Assembly: GCA_002633005.1 (NCBI GenBank)
Contig: NMRA01000152.1
Coordinates: 124,001-188,000, forward strand
Length of the DNA stretch: 64,000 nt
DNA from: Phoronis australis
Taxonomy: Eukaryota; Animalia; Phoronida
Direction: 5' to 3'
The position numbers were made by a program, and so were the translations under genes. Below the pieces are notes generated by a model. That model was not told the DNA's origin, did no database searches, and was given only the letters and a program-made list of their open reading frames with translations. Below are positions 11,701-22,871 of the stretch, in pieces; within the stretch, counting starts at the first letter, position 1, and the number at the start of each line of letters is the position of its first letter.

Positions 11701-14700
11701 TATTTTATATGTCGTAAAATTTAACTGCAAAAAACATTTCTTGCACGAATGAAGTCAGCATGATGATAAAAAGAGACAAAAAAGAGGAAACTTACAACCA
11801 AATAACAGGAAATCAAAACCAGCAAAGAGGAAATCCTCTTAAGACACAAAAATTCCAAGCCCTGCAAGAAGCCCATATGGCGAGCAGTTTACTAATTTAG
11901 TCACCTGTCGGATGCCAATTTCTTTCTTCTCCCACATACTCTTAACATTCCAGAAGAAGGGCGTGTCACACTTCTGGCAGGAGTCGCTCTCTTTCCACAG
12001 AGGTGTCTAGATAAATAAAGGTGTTGAAGATATGGGAATAGAAAAAGGGTGTAGATTTTGGTTTTTAAAAACCTACCAATGAATATAGAGATATGCTAGA
12101 AATAAAACATAAAGTTAGATTATGACAACAGATGTGACTTAGAGGATGTTTTTGTTCTTCAGAGATCCTCTGACTAGGGGGAGGGGTAGCTACAACTTTG
12201 GCTTACAGTGAGAGTGCAGCTAAGCATGGGAAAGCAGTAAATCTCAATGACACCGTTATCATCAGAAATGCAATTATAGAAAGGAATGACTATGAGGAAA
12301 TGTCACAAGTTTCACAAGGTCATTAAAAAACAATCATTTTCCCATTCATAGCAAAGTAGGTTTGAAGCACCGACACAATAGTTGCTAAGAGCTGGATTTC
12401 ATAAAAAATAGCAATGTTAACTAGGCCAACCGTTAGAACCTCTCAAAGGTTCCTGGAAACAATTATTCATTATGAGCAAATGAAAAATCTGTTGTTTGAC
12501 CCCTCAAGCTAGACAGCTTTCAATAACGTGCAAACATTCAGAGAGAGATAAACACAGCCCAAAATACTAATCACTTTTCCAATATGCCTCAGACCAACAC
12601 GGATTTAACAGCAACCCTCATACACAGCAACGTGAAATTGCTGCCAATCAAAACATGCAAAATACGGACGAGTTCCCCCAAAGATGACGGTTACTAACTC
12701 CCTTTTACTGTCACAACTGTAAGAGTTGGTGATTAGTCCGACTGTGAGAAGTGCTTCAGGCTGCAGACTTTTGGCCATTTCCTCAGCCCAACATCAACAC
12801 TTGTATTTCTTCAGTTATGCGCATCCATGTGAATCAAAATAAGAACTTTTGATTATCCCCACAGCAGTTCCTTACCTCATTTCTTTTTGTATCCATGTTC
12901 CAGAACACAATTATGTGATCACTACCAGCTGATATCAACTGTTTGGACATATTGCAATATATCAAGGACTGTACTTTGTCTCTGAAAACAAAATCGAGGG
13001 AGTCATAAAAATCCGACGACAAAAGGAATGAAACGTCTCATAAAAGTACCGCTGCCTGCAACTGTCAAACGGTTACTTTAGACCGACTGATTGCGATATG
13101 AGCACAGCCCTGGAAATCGCTTTCGCATTATATCTAGGATCTCATTTACTCCCTTGCATAGTATATTCACTAGTGAGACAGAGCTCAGAGGAGTGGGACA
13201 TACTTTTGTGCAATGCTCGACTGTCAGTCATTAAAGCCAAGATTCGAACCCGCTCTCCCAAACAGGAGTCTGGGGCTCAAACCACTACGACACACTGTCT
13301 CCTCTAAGTTTATTAGGTTGGTTAGAATCAATGGTGTGAGGTACACGGACTATTTCTAGGCACACAATACATTAGTACACACTAAACACACCAGTGTTCC
13401 ATGATAAAAAGTACACAAGCACTAAAATTGGTTAATTCTCTGCAACTATGGTCAAATGATCTAAAAGAAAAACATGTTCATTAAAAAATAAACCAGGGTT
13501 TTGTGCAGTTTGACAATCTTCCAAAAAAGTTTGCCAGTTTTGTCACAACAAATTTAAATCATAGACTTAAATGTTATTGTCAGTAAACATCATGACTATT
13601 TACCCTGAGTACTTTAAACATTCTTGTTACTGTAAAACCTGGAAGATCATTCAGCTCAACTTCAAGGACCTTGGCAATAACAACTAACCTTTCATGGAGA
13701 GATAAATTGGTTTACACGACGTGAACTTGCAGTCTAACCGCCACGCAATATGCAATAAAGAGAATTACGAAAGATTACACTGACCTGTGACCCTGCAGTT
13801 CAAATGCTGTGCCTTGTTGACCCCCTATATCCCAAACTATGATGTTTTTGTCATAACTACCAGAGTAGAGTTGATTTTTTTCTTTGTCCCAAGAAAGTGA
13901 ACGTATGCTGCCTACAAAACAGCAAACATTAGACATAAATTCTTAAGTGCAAATAAAATTTCCTCTTGATCCAAATTTAACGTTGATGGCAAAAGGCTGG
14001 CTATTACAGATAAGGAAAAAATATTAAGTTCTTTCATCTTAGAACATTTCATAGCCAGGGATATTCCTGGACTGCTCCTTTGCACCATTAGCGCATAAAA
14101 AATAAAAAAGGCGCAAGTACATTGCAGCGTGAAACACTCTTAGAAACAAAACTACCTCTAGGAGGCACCAAAGAAGTCAGTCACCATCATCAAAGGTCCT
14201 CTTCACACTGAGAACATGTATGCCAATTTTCAAATGATTTGGTTGATACAGGGGTGGACACCAAAAACAAGATTTGAAAACAGCAAAACATGGCCACTAG
14301 GTGGTGCAAAATACCTTGATTCCATCCAAAAACAGGAAGATAGCGTCATCACACCAATAGATGCCTATATTTAAAATTCTATGAAAATCTCTTGAGGACC
14401 TTTGAAGATACTGGGTTAAACCTAAAAAAAATTAAATTGCCACTAGAGGGCACAGCAGTAGTCAGATCTGTCTGAAAGTCGTCGTCATCCGTAGTCAACA
14501 TCATATAAATACTCTTGCTAAATTAAGTAAAGATCCTGCGAACGGTTTAGGAAATACAGCCATAGGCGCAACAACAACAAAACTGCCACTAGGAGGCGCC
14601 ACCGTAGTCGAAATCGTCGGAAAATCATTGTCAACCATCCTCTTTATAGTAAGCACATACATGCCAATTTTCACAATCATTCTTTGAGCGGCTTGGCTGA

Positions 14701-17700
14701 TAGAGGGGTGGACGCAAAAAACAGACTCGAAAATATCCATGATGGGTGTTAGTGTGATTCATTAGAACATTCAACCACATTACGGTGGTCATTTCGTACC
14801 ATGGCAACAATGACTTAAAAACGTCATAAAACCCCACCATTTTAAGGACTTTTCAGTAAGCTTGTGTATTCCACCACATATCTACAAAACTAAGTTCAAT
14901 TCAATGTAGAAAGTGAAAGTAGACAGCCTGCAGAATTTGATTTTTGACTATGTAACTATGCCACTAATTGGATCACATGGCAACGTCTTTTTAGGACATA
15001 AGAAAAAATGGCGCATCCGTAGCCACACAATGTTATTAGTAACATGACCAAAGTTCTTATGATTGAAATGCTAAACATTTTATGCAAGTTTTGATTTTTC
15101 CATAAAATCCTTCAAGTCCTATTTCCTAACAGTCCCTTATGTAAGAATGGAAGATTTTAAAAAACAATTCCGAACAACGTCATGGAGAAAGCTTCATAAA
15201 ATTAAAGAATTATACATGAAAGTTTCACTTAAATCTGGCCAGCTATTTCTGAAATATGACGTTACAAAGTTAGCCAAATACGGACATTTTTCATGTATTC
15301 CTAAATCCACATCACATTTGAAAACTACATAGCCATCTAATGACAGAGATAATGCCAATGGATCGGTGCTAGATCAAAAAATAGCCATGGTAATTCTTCA
15401 CAATTTCCCAGAAAAATGATTGTCAAAATGGCCATTTTTCTATTTTTTCAAGGGTCGATTACATTGTTGCAAATTATGGAAACTTTACCAAATGTTTTTA
15501 ATAACATCTGCACTGTATAAACTATACTAATTCTAGACTTAAATTTGCTTAATATTTAATATAACACAAATTTAACAAAAAAAAAATCTTTAGCCCAACA
15601 TATATCAAGTTAAACAGTCAAGTAAAGGATTACCATATTAGACCAGTGTAAGTCAGTTTTAGGTGAAAGTTGCAGTCAGAACAGAGCATGCAGTTTTGGG
15701 TTTAAAATAGACAGGGTTCACACTGTCATGCTAGGCTTCAGGAGTGTTTGGTGGAAGTCACATGTTTCACAACATACGAGGCGTGAAACTTTGGGGAGAC
15801 AGGAGATAAACAGGTTTCACATGGTGCTGAGGTAAGAGGGTTTTGAGTGAAACATACACAGGTTCACAGCACACTGGGGGGAGGAGTTTTGGTCATATCA
15901 AATGTCCCAGAATACGATTTACTATTTACTCAAATGGCTTTTGATCTTAACACAATTCAATGATTCCGGAAATGTTATATAATTTTATTAAATAAAACTT
16001 AGTAGAAAAAAGCAATTACTGAAAATAGCTCAGATCTACACTTCACTTGTTTTATCAATGATTGAAGAGAGATTAGAAGTCATACTTCTGTGAAGAGCAC
16101 ACTACATTTCTATAATAAGAGCGAAACATTACTGCTGCCATAAATGTGATTGTAACCCACATTCAAGTTGAAAGCCCACCTTTATGTTAACATTTATATT
16201 GTCTGCAAATAAAAACTGAAGACCATCTTAGATATGACCTTTTCAAACTAGCCAAAGGTACTCTACAAAACTGCAGCCTTATCAGTCACACACAGCTCTG
16301 TGTATAACGGCTGGGAGTTATGGTGGACGTCAAAACAAAGTGGATTTCAAAGCCGTCATCACAAGAGGCATTATTTGAAGCAATACTGAGTATATGCAAG
16401 TGACCTGGTTTGTCACTCAACTCTTGCTAATGCATGTGGTTTACTTTAGTCTGCTGAAAACATCCTAGAGATCAAAAAATTGTTATTAACTGATGAATCA
16501 GATAACACCATACCTGAGTGTCCTTTCAATGTCGTGATCTCCTCACACGAGTTTGAAGACACCTTCAGCACAAGGATTTGTCCGGAGTAATCACCGACGA
16601 AGGCATACTGAGAGGAATCATCAAATCTAGTAAAAACTTGAAAGGAAAACACTACAAGAAACAGAATCTCTGATGCTGATGATCAGTGCATCATTGACTT
16701 GATTGAAAACCAAACAAAAGACAATGTGTTTTATAAATGTTTTAGTGAAAACCAAGCTCCATAGGGCTTTCAGGGCTTGGAATAACCAATGACAAAAAGA
16801 GTGGAATTTTCCAGATGATGTATCCTTCCACAAATACATAGGCTCATGAAATAGAAATATGTCTTTGTGTTGTAAAATTTAAGTGATCAGAAAGAAATGT
16901 TTCTGCATTAGTAAAGTCAAAATAATGATAAAAAGAGGCGAAAACAGAGAAAACTGGAAATTAAACAAGAGGAAATTGAAACCAAAAAAGAGGAAATCCT
17001 GCTAAAAGAGGAAAAGTCCAAGCTCTGGGCTTTAACCGTGCTACCTTAGTCAACGTTTTCTCTAGTTCAGGGCATTGCTGTACATACGTAGACATTCCGT
17101 AACAAAATGAAGAAGTTAAGAAATACGTTGTAATGGCTACTTCCTACAATCCCTGAGAATGAAGATACGAGTTAGTCAGGGCTCTCTGTGCCTCAGGTGA
17201 GCAAGGGCCCTATTGGCAGTTCCAAACAACACCCTATTTTGAGCAACAACAGTGGGTAGCAGTGCACCCAGAAAGGATACTGTAGACACGTGCACCAAGC
17301 GGTAGCCAGCTTCCCACCCAGTCTACGGCCTGTCTCTGAGCAGTGCCACTGGAAATACTTGTCTCGGCCCGTACTCATTACCCATTCACAGTGGAGACTG
17401 AACAAAACGGCAGTCACACGGCTTTGGTGAGCTGGAACAACAATGGCAAGCAAAATGAATTTTTTTACAGACGGAGACGTCACATTGCAATGGATTGTGG
17501 GAAGTAGTGTTGCATTGATGCTCCGATCTAACGCTGACATCATCGCTAAAGAAAACATTGAGAACTGAAATGAATAACAAGCCTCAGAGAAATCAATTCT
17601 GTGATCTCACTACAAAAATTAAAATTTTGCATAATAGAAGCAAAGTCCAGTTGGCTGCATACAAATCTTTGACTGGCAGTGCTAAAAAGTCAAATAAATG

Positions 17701-20700
17701 AGGTCTACTCTCCTCAGTCACATGCAAATTCTTGTCTGGTAGCGTTGAGCTGGGTCTGTGTTATTCTCTAGAGAAACAGGAAATCTAAGTTTTGATCCGG
17801 TCTCATTCTCAGAATGTCACCTGATGAGTCCTCAGTCGTACCTGCCAACCATAGTGACCAGTGTTGTCAGCACTCAGTGACGCCACTCAAAACTGATTCA
17901 CAATCGAGCCTCCAATCAAAAAGGATTGCTGAATAATTGATTCTGCACAAATTCTGTACTATACCCGTCGATAATCAAGTCAAAAAGAGTGATATGGCTA
18001 ACGAGGCAAATTGTATCTATTGAAACCTGCTTCATGAACATTGTGTACAAGAACGCCAATACTGTCGACAGGTAACTGAATCTGGTCAGACTAAGAATTA
18101 AAGGACTAAAATAGCAAAAAGTTCAGTGTGAATTTTACCTAAATAATCTTTGACTGGTGTCATCCTGTTGAAATCTTCTTCCATGAGAAATTCCTGAAAT
18201 AATTTCCAATGTTGTCCACAAATGATGCTCATATTAACCATTAATTTATGATATTATTTGTCAACCAAACTTACAGTTACACTTAGTTTAAGTAAAAGCG
18301 GTGTAACAATAATAGGATGAAAAATTCATAATCAACTTAGGACGCATTGTAAAACACACCACTGGTATGACATTATAATCCTGACAAAGCTAAATTCAAT
18401 ACTTATAAACAAAACGTCTGTTTGTCAATAAATAAACATACCATAATTACCAATTACTACAATAACAAGGAAAAGTTTTGTTGAACACAACGCTCCATTT
18501 GTAATTAATAGCCTTAATAGACTGGAGGCTGACAAAAGATCAGCCTGCCACCAATTAGAGCGTTTTTTATTAAGGCCACTAAAATACAAATGAAACGTCA
18601 TGTGCAACAAGGAAAATTTGCTGCTGAGATACCCTAACAAGAAAAACTAAACGTTTTTTAATAAAGACGGTTGTCACTCACTGAAATAGTGCCATTATCA
18701 AGTCCCACAAACAAACGTCTGGTGACTGCGTTGTATTCAAGTGTAGAACATTCACCTAAAATAAAACACAGGGCTTGATGACAGGCAAAGAAATGAGCAA
18801 ATTATCCCAGCTAAGCTAAAGAAAAATAAAAAATTTGAGTCAAAAAGTTGTGATATTTCCTGCTTTTTATCCATACTTAGTCTCCATTGTATTCAATCCA
18901 AGTGGCTTTGTTATGAAACATGGATAAAATAAATCTATACTTAAGATCAACGACACGTTTCTCTCCTTTAGATTTGTCATTCTTATCCCACATTGCAGTA
19001 ATTTAAAATTATATACCATTTATTCATCAAAAGTAACAAGTAAACAATATAACATATGCCATTCACCCAGTGCCAGTGCCCGCAGACTAGTTATCAAATA
19101 CATGTTCATAATGTGCTTTAAAATAATAATTTTGTTGGACTGTTGCATTTTTGTCATCATCAACATCTCCTTTTCATCATCCTCATCTTTGCTTTGGCCA
19201 ACACCCCCTCAACCCATTATTTCACAAAGTATCAAAAGCCTAACACATCCACTATAAAATATTCAAGTGGAGCAAAAGAAGAGTCCATACTCACTTGGCA
19301 TACTATGGTAGATACTTGGCCAGTATTGACCACTGTCTCGTTTCAGCCACACTCGAATAGTCCTGAAGAGAACACAAGTTCAACATATTCTATAAGAGCA
19401 TCGTGTGTTGTAGTATCGTATTATTATGTAGTGTAGTTATATATTGCTGTGAATAAAGTAGTCGTCTCGGTACTTAGTTTTCAAATATAATCCTACTGTC
19501 CTGAACCTGTTGTCTTCATTTTCACCTCTAACCCGTCAAATATTACTTCACAGTGCAACCCAGAACAAGACACAGGGAAATGGAAATTAAGAGTAACATA
19601 ACTTCAGGCAGTTGCTCTACCATTAAACTTTAAAACGGGTAAATTTAAGGAGATAGTGTGGGCTTGTATCCAGAGGTCACTGGATTTTTAAAATATTACC
19701 AAAACACATTATATCGCTTAGAAGGCCATGAACTTATATATCGGGTTTTGTCATTTTATTAAAAATTGACAACCCAAATAGCAAACATCAGATTTACCAA
19801 TAGATCAATAGCTATCCTAAGTGACTGCTTTTAATCCAATCTCAAATTTTGAAGGAAAATACAAGAATTACAGACAAGTTGAAACAACATTCTTTCATCC
19901 ACGAATTTGTGAGCTATACGTCAACTTTTTGTACAGATCATCTAAACATAATTGACATTCCACAAATACCACTAAGCGACAGGACAATGACAGCGTAGAA
20001 TTAAAGTCATACTAGTATCTACCAGATAGCCTTGGTACAAAGCTGTATACTAAATATAAAGCTTTGTGCTGATGTGAGTAAAAAAGTTGTAAGATAAAAT
20101 CTGACACAAGATTAGTGTCATTAAAAACTACAGTCTTCCCTGAGTAAACTAAATTATTTAATGGCGTTCTGCCGCTATTCTGCTGCTAAAGTTGTGGAGC
20201 GATCTTAAGCAATAGCTTTCGGTACCATGAAATACTGCGTCACCTATTGGACAGTTTCTTTTTTCGCCGATTCTTCAATCAACTGTTGTTCTTTCACGAG
20301 GCTGCGTATACGTCACAACAAATTATAGGAACTGGTTTCACTTCACTATAAGTTTTTAGAATTTTAATATCGAAAAACCGAATTTCAGAAGAAATTTTGC
20401 TGCTGCCAAGCTATCATCATCTCTCGAGAGATGTTGGAAAATTTTAGGAAATGGCGTGTGCACCTGTCATGAGCGTACTGTTTTCAATACGATGACATAA
20501 CTTTTCTTTGTTAGAACAGGCGGAGGATTACGCATAAAAATGACGTTTATTAGATTGTTTTCCACTTAAACAGCTGTAAGGGGCAAAAGTCGTTCGATTC
20601 CCAGATTTTGCATGCACGCCGTCCGGTCTTTAGCTCTACATGTTGATACAGGTTTCACGGCGAGTTGACGAGCAGAACTACCCTGCCAATTTCGGGGTCT

Positions 20701-21408
20701 ATGGAAGAAATACACACAGTGGTACCTGGCTGCATTTTGATGATAGTCTTCATACAGCTAGCTGGCTGGCTACTACCCAGGTAGCACTGAAGAGTTGATT
20801 AGTACTATGTTTCATTTGTAAGAAATAAAAAGCATCACCTTAAGTTTGATAACGTACCTCATTGACTTAGGAGTTAGGTGGAATTATTGTGTTAACTAGT
20901 TACACAGTGAACTGTCCAGTTTGAGGTGCTAAACTATTTCAAATTCAATACTACTAGATTTCAGTATTGGTTACTGCACCGGCAATGGACAGGTTCAGAC
21001 AGATTTCATTTTCACTCATTGCTGCAAGTCAAACTGAGTGCAATGAAAATCTCAGGAATTGGCACAGCTCATTATAGACGAACTGTAGTTAGGAAAACTA
21101 AAAAGACAATTCTTAGCAATCACAACAATCCTCATCTCATTTTACATGATGACTCATTGTCAAGTGTGTCTGATGTGACAATTTGACAATGACACTAGAC
21201 TAATCGTGACTGTCTGGGTGCAGAACCTCCAAGATAGATTGATATACCTGTCATCGCTGGCGCTTATCAACCCGTCTTCCCCAGGCAACAAGACGGCCAT
21301 GTTAACTGTGTCAGCATGACCCTCTATCCTATCTATTAACACTGGTTTTCGAACACTTGGTGAAGTTGAACTCTTGTCAGCCGAAGGAGGCTGAATCTGA
21401 GCTGCCAT
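8727..21408 (-). CDS. WDFY2: WD repeat and FYVE domain-containing protein (WDFY1/2 orthologue), 12 coding exons, about 408 aa
   Basis: Exons 5'->3': 21408-21248, 19362-19295, 18755-18682, 18193-18139, 17431-17281, 16626-16514, 13911-13785, 12981-12876, 12006-11905, 10250-10120, 9645-9537, 8756-8727. All GT-AG, phase-consistent, total 1227 nt. Motifs: [21 protein letters not shown] repeats, [19 protein letters not shown]...[13 protein letters not shown]...VRVC, and C-terminal IIKVWDV. Confidence 0.95.
9859..9930 (+). mobile_element. tRNA-derived SINE head or tRNA pseudogene
   Basis: A box TAGCTCAGCGGTAAGAGC, anticodon-like arm TTAGA-CCGGCAA-TCTAG, B box GTTCGATTCC, acceptor-like TCCTCAG/CTGGGGT. 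The T stem is broken. Confidence 0.65.
10568..11088 (+). mobile_element. MITE family A, long form (~500 bp), hAT-like
   Basis: TIRs CAGGGCTTGGAAT...ATTCCAAGCCCTG; 6-bp TSD CTACAG. Closely similar to 26053-26549 and 31651-32162, which are in the opposite orientation. Confidence 0.92.
11624..11864 (+). mobile_element. MITE family A, short form (~250 bp)
   Basis: CAAAGCTTGGAATGACCAATG...TTCCAAGCCCTG; TSD CAAGAA. Confidence 0.85.
13185..13296 (-). mobile_element. tRNA-derived SINE fragment
   Basis: Minus strand reads gtgtcgtagtggtttgag...gcgggttcgaatcttgg, i.e. A and B boxes at tRNA spacing. Confidence 0.5.
14120..14740. repeat. Diverged ~140-146-bp tandem repeat, each unit carrying a CTCF-like motif
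   Basis: CC(A/T)CTAG(G/A)(A/T/G)GG(C/T)(A/G)C at 14155, 14294, 14440 and 14586. Shared atgccaattttca...aggggtggac...aaaaac block at about 14220 and 14660. Confidence 0.7.
15710..15895. repeat. Degenerate ~50-bp minisatellite
   Basis: Recurrent (ac)aggtt(t)caca...g(t)tttgg units, about 4 copies. Confidence 0.45.
16627..17280 (-). other. U12-type (minor spliceosome) GT-AG intron, WDFY intron 5
   Basis: 5' splice site GTATCCTTTC (plus-strand 17271-17280). Branch-like TTTTCCTTTCAAG about 11-22 nt upstream of the TAG acceptor. The join CA|A restores ...CLQFDD. Confidence 0.88.
16771..17027 (+). mobile_element. MITE family A, short form, inside the U12 intron
   Basis: CAGGGCTTGGAATAACCAATG...TCCAAGCTCTG; TSD GGCTTT. 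Confidence 0.88.
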
Positions 21409-21810
21409 TTTCAGGAAACTGACAACATCACGTGATGGGCCATACAGCCGAGACCATCATCAGAAACAATAAAAACATGGTTTTTTAAAAAAATTCTTAA
21501 AAATAGTAATTTCACTCATTTTCCATGCATCGGAAAGTACCGAGATTTCTCTAATTATTTTTACCGAATTGTTCATTGTTTGACTTAAATTATATTTGAG
21601 GCTATTATTATTTACTTCCGGAAGCAGACGACCCAGGCGGTTCAAGGTCAAATTTGGTCATGAAACGGAGTTACATGAACGGTCACATTTGGAAGTTACA
21701 GCGTGGGAAGCATCCATAAAGAGGTCGACTTGTTTCAGTTAGGAAACGTGACCTTACAAGAAATATAATCTGGACATTTTATGGCTTGAACTCTCCAAAA
21801 GTTTGGTCTT
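21409..21810. promoter_or_regulatory. Putative bidirectional promoter shared by WDFY and MMAA
   Basis: Genes are divergent. TCACGTGA E-box at 21428-21435; palindromic ETS site ACTTCCGGAAG at 21614-21624; YY1-like AAAATGGC over the WDFY ATG. The MMAA coding exon has an acceptor at 22851, implying an upstream non-coding exon. Confidence 0.6.
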
Positions 21811-22214
21811 CCGGTTAGCACCTACTGTCTATGCTGCCTGCTCTGCTAGTTTACTCTTCATCCATCACTCACTGACATTGAGTTACTGACTGACATGTGT
21901 TCATCATTCACTTTCATTGTATCTGAGTCCGAATTGCTGAATCGGCCTCTTGATCTGGCTCTGCACTGAGTTGGCTGTGCCAGTTTGAGTCTCTGGCATC
22001 ACCACTCCATCAGACATTCACTTCACTTTCAGTTGAGACGTTATTGTGGTTCAGTGGTTTATAGCTGAGCTCTGACTGAGCTGAGGTATAGAGTTAAAAA
22101 ACGCATTCCACAAACTAAGGTGTCTCTCACTGCTCTGAGCTCTTAGTAGTGAATGTATGCAAGGGGTGACTAAAGCGAAAGTGATTTGAGGGTATGTGCT
22201 TGACACTGATCGCA

Positions 22215-22331
22215 GCACCTGGTTGGATATAGCAGTCCTTTATTTAGAGTTTCATTCACTGAATAACAAGCCTGTTATACTCAGTGATTGTCTGTTTCTC
22301 TAAATCAGGTGCTGCTATATCCGACCAGTGC
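22215..22331. repeat. Long imperfect hairpin (short MITE or hairpin RNA)
   Basis: ctggttggatatagcag (22219-22235) pairs with ctgctatatccgaccag (22312-22328); also atttagag/ctctaaat and inner tcactgaataaca/tgttatactcagtga. Confidence 0.8.
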
Positions 22332-22871
22332 CCTGTGTAGCCTTGGTGCAAGGTTTTATAAATTTACAGCTTAAAAACAATCTTGGTAAAAAGTGAGCAA
22401 AACGAAATCTTGTACTGATGATTGTTTGAAGGTATACGCCTCTTGAGTAAATTTAGTTGGTTGCCAGTACGAAAAGAATAATGTTGTCTGTTATTCTGTA
22501 GTTAAATTTGTGGAGCGATCATTTGCTATTTGTAGGCAAATCTCACTAGTCAAATCCGCTGTTCTTTTTTCACAAGGTTACGTACAGTTCACAACAATTT
22601 ACCAAAAGTAGCTGCAATTTACCAAAAGGAGTTGCACTTTGTCATTACTTTTGAGTAGAAAAGTTTTCTTCTGTGAAGTTGTCATCATCTCCCAATAGAT
22701 GTCACTTTACCACAAACCAAAAATCAAGCAAAAGGTGCATGTGCCATGTTGTTTATGGGTTAATTTTTAATTTCCTTTTTCAGCAACATGTTGTAGAAAC
22801 GATTTGTGTGTTTGTATTGAGATGTCAAGTATGACTCTTCTTCTTGTGCAGGTGGAAGTGAGCTCTGCATA

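Noticed and set aside
16820-16828. Second GTATCCTT U12-like donor
   Set aside because: On the plus strand, antisense to WDFY, and inside a MITE.
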